A DNA stretch of 64,000 bases from Heptranchias perlo (Eukaryota). Of the stretch, positions 13,750 to 24,543 are shown one piece after another. The position numbers and the translations under genes are program-made. Numbering within the stretch: position 1 is the stretch's first letter; the number at the start of each line of letters is the position of its first letter. The notes beneath the pieces were generated by a model that searched no databases, had not been told where the DNA came from, and was given only the letters and a program-made list of their open reading frames with translations. Location of the stretch: assembly GCF_035084215.1 (NCBI RefSeq), contig NC_090331.1:72044001-72108000 (forward strand), written 5' to 3'.

Positions 13750-15070
13750 ATCACAAATCCTTAGCCTTTCTCTTCCTACTACTTCCACGTGGTGCATCCC
13801 GAGTGGCTGCAGCAGAGGTAGTGGCAGGTTGCTCATGTTCATACCCTGACTGCTTAGATGATTTCGGCGGATGCCCTCTGGGTTTTGGAGCCCATGAGGG
13901 CTCCGCCAAAGACTGCATCCAGCTGAGCAGAGCCTGGAGAGGAGTGCGCCCACTGACGAGGACTCTCCTCAGCTGCCCCTGCCACCAATGTCTGCTCGTG
14001 CTCACTTGTGTGTGGTGACTCACCAGGTGCCAACCTAACTAACTGACTACCAGGACCCGACTAGGTATGATTATCTGCGCTGGTGGATGGCTCGCTAAGA
14101 TGTGAAGGTACGCCTTCAGAGGCCTGGAGCTCCTCTAAGGAATCACCCGCTCCCGTCACTGCAGTCTTGAACGGCCTGAAGAGAAAAGAAGACAATATTA
14201 AGCTTCATCATAGATGTGTCATGTTGCGATGAGCATACTGAGGTGCTCAACATGGCAAGGCGTGTTAACAACAATTCATGTTGTGTGTGATGAATGTTCA
14301 AGTTGTGTCACCAGATGTTTGTGGGGTGCCAGTCTCGGCATCCCCGACGGACAGGCACTCTAGGGTGCGGCTGATCTCCAGGGCCATCTGCTCCCCCTCT
14401 GCGAGGATCACTATTTGTTGTGGCCCCCCTCCAGTCCTCGCCCTCTCCCGTGCATTTTGCACTCTCTTCTCCTACAAGGGGCGAAAGTACAGATGTGTGA
14501 GTGAGTGATGATGAAGTGGTCGGCCAATGAATGCATTGCTTTGAGTGAGGCCGACCATGAAAGAGGTGCATCAGAGGGTGAGTATCAAACAGAGACATCA
14601 CATTGGATCAGGATTGGGGTGAGTGGTAGTGGTGGGGTCACAAATGGGGAGGTGAGGAAGTGCTCAGGAAGTGAAGGTAAGTTGAGGATGAGCCTTAAGT
14701 GGGTGTGAGGAGTGATGTGATGGAGTAGTCTTGGCAGTGCAGAATGGTGTGAGGTGTGTGGGGGTTGGGGGAGTGATGTGTGACACGGAATGTAGGAGAA
14801 TCAGTAAGTTTACTCACTTTTGCTGACCTAGTTAGGTCATTGAAAGGCCTCCTGCACTGGATCCGGATGTGGGATATGTTGTTGCTGCTGGTGACCTCGT
14901 CTGCCACCTTGAGCCAGGCCTTCTTGGTGGCAGAGGCAGGGCGCTTCCTCCTGTCCATGGGGCAAAACACTTCCCTCCTCCTCCTCACCCCGTCCAATTG
15001 CTGCTTCGGAGAGACATCATTGAACCTTGGAAAAGCCTTTCCAGTGTGCTGCTCCGTATTGTGCGTTCTT
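13750..15070 (-). pseudogene. Harbinger Myb/SANT-like DNA-binding protein, spliced and decayed
   Basis: RRRREVFCP..RRKRPASATKKAWLKVADEV...QCRRPFNDLTRSAK is followed by a GTGAGT donor (~14818). The next exon starts at 14471 (EKRVQNARERARTGGGP...). A basic C-terminal piece RKRKAKDL ends at 13751. Confidence 0.75.
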
Positions 15071-16209
15071 GTTGTTTGCTACAGAAAAAGCCATTGGAGC
15101 AATGGCCCTTTAAATAGAGCCTGTCTGAAAGCCTGTCATGTGCGTGCGCAGTCCGCCCACTGCACAGATTCCGGACAGCAAGCCCGTAAGCCACGTAAAG
15201 GGCCATTAATTAACTTGCGATCACATGGGAAATGATAAGATTTTCATAGTCAGGTTACCCGCGAACCCATTGACCTCCCCCTGCTACCATCCCACCGCCC
15301 TTTCAAAATCGAGCCCTATGCATCCAACAACCAGTGCCTGTATCGTGCAGTTCTTTCACTTACTTGTTTTTCTTTATCTCCTCTCTTGTACTCTATTCAC
15401 TTCATTTGATCCCTTTATGGCTCTTCCTTTTCATTCTCTCTTTCTGTCTCTGTTTCTCTCCATCTGTTTCACCTTCACTCCATCCTCTTCCCGAATATGT
15501 TTTACACGCTTGTGTCTGTTGTTTCTCTGTGACCGTTCTTGATGGACTCTGAAATACCATCATTCTAGCATTCTGTGCCAAAACTCCTAATCCAGTGGTG
15601 GAGTTTCTAAGAACACATTACTAATGAGGAAATAGAACCAGTGGCAATGATAAAATTCAAGAGTGCCTCCCTCAGAGAGCAATAAACAACTGGCCTTTTG
15701 ATGAGTAATGAAAACTTTATTTTAATTGTTCAAAGCCACAGCTTCATTCCTCTTGTAGATCCAACCAACAATTACCACCGCTTGTGTTTCACGAATGTTC
15801 CTTTGTCTACATCATCTCACGCCTCAGTGTTGCCTCTGGTAATCCCATATAACGACTGATTTTAACGTTGTTTCCAAGAAGCCCAGTTTTATTTTTCATT
15901 TCAAGCACTTCTTTTCTTTTCAATAACTGTTTCTGAATCCAAACTGGAACTAAAATTGTTTGATAGTCAACATATCTCTCATATCAAGCCTCCAGCCTCA
16001 ATCTACTTCTCCATTGCAATCCTTTTTGTCACTGTGCTTTATCAGAGGAGCATAGGAGTGTATAGGACTAGAAAGGACAATTGCAGTCCATCTGGCCAGA
16101 ACCAGTGCCTAGAAAATGTCATATCCCACAATACCTCTTACACTCCACTACCAAATTCTTTACCAGATACTTATTCAATTGTTTCTTAAATTATTTGTCA
16201 CTGCCTCCC

Positions 16210-17240
16210 TTAGAAGTCAATTACAAATATACACCAGCCTCCACCTAGTCAATTTGGAACTGTTTTTTCACCTTCCCTCTTCTAGGTTTCGGACCCTGCC
16301 CCCTAGTTCCAGAATCTGTGATATGTTAAATATCTTGAAGTTTATCTTGTCGATACCGTTTAGGATCTTCCATACTTCAGTAAGACCTCCCTGAGCCTTC
16401 TCTTCTCCAGTGTAAATATTCCTTGCATCTGCAGCCTCTCCTTATAACTCAGGTGACTAAGTGCAGATATTAACTTTGCTGCCCTTTGCTGCACCCTCTC
16501 CAATGCTTGGATATTTTTCTGATAATATGGTGACCAGAATTGTACACATGACTCCAGGTGGGTCCGAACTAGCACTCTGCACACTCTCCAGAATCACTTC
16601 TTGAGATGGATGATCTATTCCTCTGGCTATACAGCTTCCTAATGTATCCAGGCCTGACTTGCTCTGTTTATTACTGCCGTACACTGCGCTGATGGCTTCA
16701 GCAAACTATCCGCCAGGAACATCAAATCACTCCCTTTTGTTGTGCCCTGGTGGCTAACATCATTTAACTTGTATTGCTAGCGTTTATTTTTCTTTTCCAG
16801 TCTTATGACTTTGCATTGGTTCATGTTAAATGATATTTGCCATTCTACAGCCCAGCTCCATATCTCCTTACAAGTTTCGTATCCTCCCTATTCTTATATT
16901 CATCCCTGTCCTCTGATCTTTTCATGGCTTTAAAGTTTAGAGAATCTCTTTGGTCCTCCTTACCCCTGGCAGTACTTGCCTTGTTACCCACAACAGCCTC
17001 CTTTTTTCTGTAGTGCATTTCATTCAACTGCTACATAGGTCTTTTTTATTGACAATAATGTATTCCTGAAAGTGTTCCACTTTTCTTCTGTAATCCTCCC
17101 TTCTAAAATATTATCAATACCACAATGTTCATTGCTCCTCAGAAATTTGCTCTCTTGTTCATCCCAAGATCCATATTTGCTCTCCATCAATCCTCTCATC
17201 CTTTTAAACCCTCAAATTATTCTCATCTACTCTTTCAATC
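16210..17240 (-). mobile_element. Old CR1-like LINE remnants; a shorter version sits in every spacer
   Basis: LVRTHLESCVQFWSPY...LERVQQRAAKLI..LSYKERL...LEKRRLR at 16360-16584. ILEGRITEEKWNTFRNTLL recurs at ~24950, 34450, 36200, 43650, 53100 and 63750. Confidence 0.7.
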
Positions 17241-17241
17241 T

Positions 17242-17378
17242 CAGACGGGGCCTCGGATAATCATCTTATCTGAAAGAAGCCAACTCTGATAGTGCGGTAG
17301 CACCTCAGCACTGCACTGAATTATCAACTTGGATGATGTGCTCAGGTCATAGAGTGAGACTTGAGCTCACAACCTTCT
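17242..17378 (-). mobile_element. Deu-domain SINE fragment (SacSINE1/AmnSINE1-like); copies at 25142, 34630, 36394, 43839, 53304, 63940
   Basis: The minus strand reads AGAAGGTTGTGAGCTCAAGTCTCAC (tRNA B-box-like)...CAGTGCAGTGCTGAGG...TTTCAGATAAGATG...CCGAGGCCCCGTCTG. This matches my recollection of the DeuSINE core. Confidence 0.65.
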
Positions 17379-18409
17379 CGTCAATACTTCCATTGGCTCA
17401 TTGAATAGAACGTTCACATCATGGAAGTGGCCTGTGGGCAATTTTCCATTCCTTCCAGTGACGAAGGTCTGACAATTCCTGGGTCCCTGGTCCGCTAATG
17501 TGAGTGCAGCAGAGCAGAACCCTAGCCTGGCCTTGCCCAAGACCAGGAAACCCATCCATTGTTCCGGGGACAGGGTCATTTGCATAACCGGGGTAGGCCA
17601 TCACCACCTGCAAGGGTGCATCAACAGTGGCCACCCTGTCTTGAGCTCATCGCCCTGGTAAGGTGGAGCACAGTCCTCTGGCGGCCCAAATGGACTGAAG
17701 TCAACTGCTCCGACTGGAGCCAATCTGAGTAGAGAAGGAAATCGATGTCCTTCAGGATTGATTACCTTACTACAGCGAAGGTTTGGGGCTTTTAGAAACC
17801 CTCAAAGCAACTAATGCCAAGTCTCAACTGGCATGCGTTCCTCTGAGGTCTTTCGAGGGCTTAAAAGGAGCCATTTCTCGTGAAAGCCTGGGAGATCCCC
17901 CCTCTGAACCTGCCTCCTTGATGTAGGAGGGGTCAGGCCGAAGATGTTACCTTGGTCTCAATGACTGAAATTTAAAGGTCCTGTCAAATGGGGTGCAACC
18001 CCAGTTGAGCTGGGATCCAACCACAGTTCAGTTTTTTCCCACACATAAATAAAACTCTCCAGCCACAGGAAATTAGGGGCAAAATGGCCTTGCAATTATA
18101 CTCTTGATTTAGTGGATAAACGCTTACTGCATTGTACGAATTTCTTTTTCTACATTTTAATGGTGGAATTAAACCTGTTATTTTAACAAGAACAAAGTCT
18201 GCTTCAAAATAGCTCATAAAGGAACTTCACACAAATCTGCTAAGTGTTTATACAAATATCATGTACCATTATTTCAAAAATTGTTTGAAAACACAGCTCC
18301 CATTCAATAACTGTACATGTGTCTGACCCTTCCACTCACTACAATGAGGATGTTGGACAATACAAAGATACCCATAATGCACTGTGGAAAAGCAATGAAC
18401 TTAGACATT

Positions 18410-18567
18410 TGCAACAAAAGATGGAAGGCGTCAGGGACAATTTTGCTTACATAGGGTCTACAGTGATTTCACTAACAATGTGTTTTGCTATTTTGCTCTT
18501 TCAGGCGATGTATAAATAGCCCAGCTCTACTGATCCTCATCACAGTCACTGAAACACACAGAGCAAA
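18410..18567 (+). promoter_or_regulatory. Copy 2 proximal promoter
   Basis: TTTTGCTTAC at 18441-18450, AACAATG at 18474-18480, TATAAATA at 18511-18518 (57 nt before the ATG). Confidence 0.8.
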
Positions 18568-20434
18568 ATGGGAAAGGTATTTACTGATCAATATTATGAT
18601 GTTATTTTATTACAGCTTTGTAGAAATGTTACCTGAAATAATTATTTTTCCACAGATCATCTTTTACGAGGACAGGAACTTCCAGGGTCAGCACCACGAG
18701 TCCAGTACTGACTGTTCTGACCTGTCCTCTTACTTCAGTCGCTGCAACTCCATCCGTGTTGAGAATGACTGGTGGGTGGTGTATGAGAAACCCAATTACA
18801 TGGGATACCAGTATGTTCTGAGCAAGGGAGAATATCCTGACTACCAGCGCTGGATGGGATACAACGACAACATCAGGTCATGTCGCACTTACCCATACGT
18901 AAGTTTCAAACTTGTTTTATTTATTCTGTTTGCATTGTACCTTCTAACACCGATGACACTATTATATATTTAAATAATATGTTGTTAACATTTATAATAT
19001 ACAACACACAGAAACATTCCTTTCAAGTTAACTCTTCACTCCACTGAACAAATTTTCAGCATCTCAATCACTCACTTCTGGAGAAAGGTGAAAAGCTGCT
19101 TCCATGTCTCATTGAGGAATATTAAACACTTATTTCCTCACACAATGGAAAGTGAAAAGGGGCTGAAGTCTCATGAGGCCAGATTTCCACCTCCTTTACG
19201 TTGCCCAGGGATTCCTGTGGATCAACCGAGGGGATGGACACCTGTGGAAATGAGGTGGGGATCCTGATTGGAGCTTTCGGCCTCATTTTCCTCCACTTTG
19301 TCTGCAGGAGTGCTCAAACGCAAGGACACCCAGAAGAAGTTGTTATCTCTTGGGTCTAACCCTTCTCAGATAGGAGAATTTGAGTGGGTCAGGCAGCTGG
19401 GCCAAGGAGGTCTAAACAGATCAAAGGGGTTTTTGTCCCATTCGCGATTGGAACTTTGGGTCTGGATGGCCGAGACACGAGGCTCCACACACATCGGAAT
19501 TATTGCAGCTGCAGGCCTCTCAGCTCTGCATTAATGGCTGGAATTCCACTCTTGATTTTGGGGCCACTGGCCTCTGCCAAGGGGTGGGCTTATAGCTCCA
19601 AACATTGGGACAATGTTAATGCCTGAATCCAGGCATGTTTACAGCATGTCAGGTGGTCTGCACGTTGAGTGCGCTGCGCCTGACCTGCACCCAGGTGTTG
19701 GTGGTGGGAGGGAGGGCATACTTGTAATATACTTCGATAAATAGAAATTACAATTAATTTTTGATTTCCATTTAAATTGATTACGCAACAGGAATTTTAA
19801 CACGATTGAGTGGAATATTCAATAATTCAAGTCGTGACAACGATTTCAATAATCGTTGATGAATTCATCACTCAGGACAATTTGATGATCTTTATCACAG
19901 AATAATAAACTGTACATTCCAAAATATTTCACTGCCATTTTGGATCAATTAGTAATTGAAAATATTCTGAAAAACAATTGTAGTGGTAAATAACCTGTCG
20001 GCATCTGACTATTTATATAACCGTGACTAAATACAAAGCTTGTTGTCCATTTTGTTGCTGCAGAAATTTCCTGACAAGTTCTGCTTTGTAAACTGTGCAG
20101 TGATAAAATCATTCAAAAAGGGAAAAAATTTACTGACATGATTCTCCTGCCATTCCAGTCCAGCAGTAACTCCTACAGAATGAAGATTTACGAGAGGCCT
20201 GACTTTGGAGGACAGATGATGGAATTCATGGATGACTGTCCATCTGTCTACGATCGTTTCCACCACCGTGACATTCACTCCTGCCATGTGATGGACGGTT
20301 ACTGGACCTTCTATGAACATCCCAACTACATGGGAAGGCAGTACTTCATGAGACCCGGTGAATACAAGCGGTTTGGTGACTGGGGCGGCAGTTGTCCATC
20401 TGTTGGTTCCTTCCGTCGTATGATGCATTACTAA
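18568..20434 (+). CDS. CRYG: Gamma-crystallin copy 2, join(18568..18576,18656..18898,20159..20434), 175 aa
   Basis: MGK|[23 protein letters not shown]...TYPY|[11 protein letters not shown]...RRMMHY*. Splice sites and frame are intact. Confidence 0.95.
19060..19720 (-). mobile_element. Unclassified GC-richer decayed repeat in intron 2 of copies 2, 3, 5, 6 and 7 (possibly Tx1/L1-like)
   Basis: The block is absent from copy 1 and is compositionally distinct from the AT-rich intron. Protein resemblance is weak. Confidence 0.3.
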
Positions 20435-22049
20435 AATTCCACTGTGCTGACTTGATTCCTTCCAAGAAGTGGTTAAATCAAACCGCAATTAATCAATAAA
20501 TGAGATTTTATTGAGTCCTAGCCACTTTTGATCTTTATTTGCTGATTCTGTTGTAGATACTTAATTATAGGATATTTACAAACAATTATCTGGTCTTCAT
20601 TGGCAGCATGAGTTTGCACCATGGCCGTATTGGCCAGCGGGGAAAATTAAATCCATGTTCCCAGTGATTTACATATATCTCACCTTGCTGATAGTGACAG
20701 AGCTTGGTGTTGTGACTTAACATTTATCCACCAATGAGGCAACAGTGGGAGAAACAGCTTTTCCAAACCTCCCGGGAGGAAGCTTCAAAGGCCGGATTGT
20801 AGGCCTCAGGATCCACACGTGGCCCAGGGGCTGCAGTTTGGACACCCCGATTTACAATCTCAAATCAAATTCAGAAAATAGTCACAGTATAAAATATTAC
20901 CTCACCTATAATTAACCATTCTTTTTAAAATATCATGCAATTATGAGATTAAAAAAAACTGAAAGAAATATATAACCAGTGACCCTGAATGTATATTCAT
21001 ACTAGAGTTCACAAATCCTGAGGGCAAAAACATATCCTTTTTGCTAAAATGATAAGGTGACATAAAGGATATTTAGGGGCCAATGACCGTGACGTGCAAA
21101 GAGTTTGGTGACAATATCCTCTCCCTCTCTCTCTGAAAGTCTCTACACTCCACTTGTGCACTTCTTCTGATATCAAAGCTCGGATCTGTCACTCATCATA
21201 TGGGAACTGCAGGTACTAACCCATATTCAAGCACAATGCATCCAACAGACAGGGCCAAATCTTGCAGTTCTTTCACTTACTTGTTTTTCTCTATCTCCTC
21301 TCTTGTACTCTATTCGATTCATTTCTTCCTTTTATGATTCTTTCTTTTCATTCTCTCTTTCTGTCTCTGTTTCTCTCCACCTGTTTCACCTTCACTCATC
21401 CTCTTCCCGAATATGTTTTACACGCTTGTGTCTATTGTTTCTCAGTAACTGTTCTTGATGGACTCTGAAATACCATCGTTCTAGCATTCTCTGCCAAACT
21501 TCTAATCCAGTGATGGAGTTTCTAAGAACACATTACTAATGAGGAAATAGAACTAGTGGCAATGATAAAATTCAAGAGTGCCTCCCTCAGAGAGCAATAA
21601 ACAACTGGCCTTTTGATGAGTGATGAAAACCTTTTTTATTTTGATTCTTCAAAGCCACAGCTTCATGCCTCTTGTCGGTCCAACCAACAACTACCACCGC
21701 TTGTGTTTCACGGATGTTCCTTTGTCTACATCATCTCACGCCTCAGTGTTGCCTCCGATAATCCCGTATAACGACTGATTTTAAAGTTGTTTCAAAGAAG
21801 CCCAGTTTTTTTTTCATCTCAAGCACTTCTTTTCTTTTCAGTAACTGTTTCTGAATCCAAATTGGATCTTAAGTTGTTTGATTATCAACATATCTCTCAT
21901 CTCAAGCCTCCAGCCTCAATCTATTGCAACATTCAATCCTTTACGTCACTGTGCTTTATCACAGGAACATTGGAGTCTATAGGACCAGGAAAGACAATTG
22001 CAGTCCATCTGGCCAGAACCAGTGTCTGGAAAATATAATTTGCCATGAT

Positions 22050-24543
22050 CTGCAGCAAAGGCAGAGTGGTTTTAATGGAGGATTTTAAATTTCTTATTAA
22101 TTGGGAAATGCAGACCCGCTCATGTCAGAAAGATAGTGAATTTCTTGAGTGTGTTCAGGACAGCTTTCTGCAACAATACGCCCTAGAACCAATAAGGAGG
22201 CAGGCCATATTAGAATTAATAATGAGTAATGAACCAGATTTAGTTAACAGCTTAACAGTGCGTGAACATTTATCCAATAGCGATCATAATATGGTTGAGT
22301 TAAACGTTGTGATTGAAAAGGAGGAACCGGCATCAACTACTAAGATTCTAAATTTAGGTAAGGCCGACTTCAATGGGATGAGACAGAGACTGTCCTCAGT
22401 AAACTGGGCAAATCTGCTAAAACGTAAAATGACAGAAGATCAGTGGGAGATGTTCAAAAAAGAATTTAACATGATACAGAACAAGTTTATGCCCCTCAGG
22501 GGAATAAGATCTATTTGTCAAAACACACAGCTATGGATGACAAAAGAGATAAGGGACAAGATAAAACTAAAAGAGAAAGCACACAAAAGTGTAAAAAAGC
22601 ACAAATCCTGGCGATTGGGAGAGATACAAAGTACAGCAAAGGGTGACCAAACAGATAATAAGAGCTACAAAAAGGGAGTGTGAAAAGAAACTTGCAAGGG
22701 ATATCAAAATGAACACAAAAAGTATTTACAATTATATTAGGAAACAAAAGGTAGTCAAGAGCAATGTGGGCCCCGTAAATACTAATAATGGTGTTATTGT
22801 AAATGAAAAAAAAGGAAATGGTGGACATGTTAAAGAATTACTTTGAGTCAGTATTTACAGTAGAGGAAGAGGATAGCATGCTGGACATCCCAAGGAAACT
22901 AATTTTGAATCAGCGACAGGGACTCACCATTATTAACGGAAGCAAATTAACAGTAATGAAGAAAATAATGGCACTAAAGAGTGACAAATCCCCAGGACCA
23001 GATGGTTTCCATCCTTGGGTTTTATAGGAAGCAGGTAAGAACTTTACAGAAGCCCTAACTACAATCTTCCGAAGTTCTCTCGATTCAGGAACCATTCCTT
23101 TAGATTGGAAAATTGCTCATGTCACTCTGCCATATAAGAAAGATGAGAGAGGGAAACCAAGGAATTATAGACCAGTTAGCCCAACATCTGTTGTCGGTAA
23201 ATAACTGGAGTCTATAATTAAGGATAGAGTGATTGAACTCCTTGAAAATTTTGCGCTGATCAGAGAGATCCAGCATGGACTTGTAAAGGGTAGGTCATGC
23301 CTGACAAACCTGATTGAATTTTTTGAAGAGGTGACTAAAGTAGTGGACAGGGGAATGTCTATGGATGTTGTTTATATGGACTTTCAGAAGGCATTCGATA
23401 AACTTCCTCCTAAGAGCCTGTTAGCTAAAGTTGAAGCTCATGGAATTGAGGGCAAATTATTGACCTGGTTGGGAAATTGGCTGAGTGACAGGAGACAGAG
23501 AGTAGGGATAATAAACAGGTACTGAAATTGGCTGGATGTGACTAGTGGTGTCCCACAGGGATCTGTGTTGGGGCGTCAACAATTCATTGTATTTATTAAT
23601 GACTTAGATGATGGAATGAGCGGCATATATCCAAGTTTGCCAAGGACACAAAGATAGGCATCATTGTAAGCAGTGTAGACGTAAGCATGAAATTACGGAG
23701 AGCGATTAGTAGATTAAGTGAATGGGCAAAACTGTGGCAAATGGATTTCAATGCAAGCATGTGTGAGGTAATCCACATTGTACCTAAAAAGGATAGGTCA
23801 GAGCACTTCCAAAATGAGGAAAAGCATGAAATAGTGGCGGTCCATAGAGACTTACAGGTCCATGTACGAAGATCTTTAAAATGTCGTGGACAGATACAGA
23901 AAATAATCAAAACGGTGAATGGAATGCTGGCCATTACATCTAGGGGACTAGAATACAAGGCAGTCAAAGTTATGCTACAGCTATACAAAGACCACACTTG
24001 GAGTATTGTGTTCAGTTGTGGGAAACGCACCTGAGGAAGGGTATACTGGCCTTGGAGGAAGTGCAGCGTAGATTTACCAGAATGATACGTGGACTTCAAG
24101 GGTTAAATTATGAGATAAGATGACACCAACTAGGGTTATATTCCCTGGAATTTAGAAGATTATGGGGTGATTTGATCAAAGTTTTCAAGATATTATGTGG
24201 AACTGATAGGGTAGATAGAGAGAAACTATTTCTGCTGGTTGGGGAGTCTAGGACTAGGGGACATAGCCTAAAACGTAGAGCCAGGACTTTCAGGATGAAG
24301 TTAGGAAACACTTCTACATGCAAAGGGTGGTGGTAGTTTGGAACTCTCTTCTGCAAACGGCAGTCGATGCTCGCTCAATTGTTAATTTTCAATCTAAGAT
24401 TGATAGATTTTTGTTCACCAAAGGTAATAAGGGATATGGGGCTAAGGAAGGTATATTGAGTTTGGTCACAGATCAGCCATGATCTCACTGAATGGAGGAA
24501 CATTCTTGAGGGGCTAAATGGCCTACTCCTGTTCCTATGTTCC
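22050..24543 (+). mobile_element. 5'-truncated CR1 LINE, decayed (unit 2 spacer)
   Basis: Endonuclease end (LSNSDHN), [33 protein letters not shown]-type motifs, and a CR1-type tail CTCCTGTTCCTATGTTCC. Confidence 0.92.

Larger units (their letters stand above)
11755..15316. mobile_element. PIF/Harbinger DNA transposon with both TIRs, coding regions decayed
   Basis: TIRs GGGCTCAATTTTAAAA and TTTCAAAATCGAGCCC (14/16 match), 3-bp TSD AAT/TAT. The empty site CAAGCACAATGCATCC is present in the other units. It carries convergent DDE nuclease and Myb/SANT genes. Confidence 0.92.

Noticed and set aside
18485-18973. 162-aa ORF reading through intron 1 into exon 2 of copy 2
   Set aside because: It is open only because this copy has a CAG rather than TAG acceptor. 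The canonical MGK exon is intact, and the other copies have an in-frame stop there.
20785-20850. Possible hAT/Charlie MITE end (GCAGTTTGGACACCCC) in each 3' flank
   Set aside because: I could not find a matching left TIR or TSD, so it is not listed as a feature.
21262-21468. Recurrent hydrophobic ORFs (MQFFHLLVFLYLL..., MFHFSSVILPSK...)
   Set aside because: They arise from CT-rich low-complexity DNA or the antisense strand of LINE remnants. Starts are mostly non-ATG and frames differ between units.
22045-24543. Active or domesticated reverse transcriptase linked to each crystallin gene
   Set aside because: All CR1 copies are 5'-truncated with many stops and frameshifts, and the catalytic FADD is altered (FAND/FAKD). 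They are passive passengers of the duplication.
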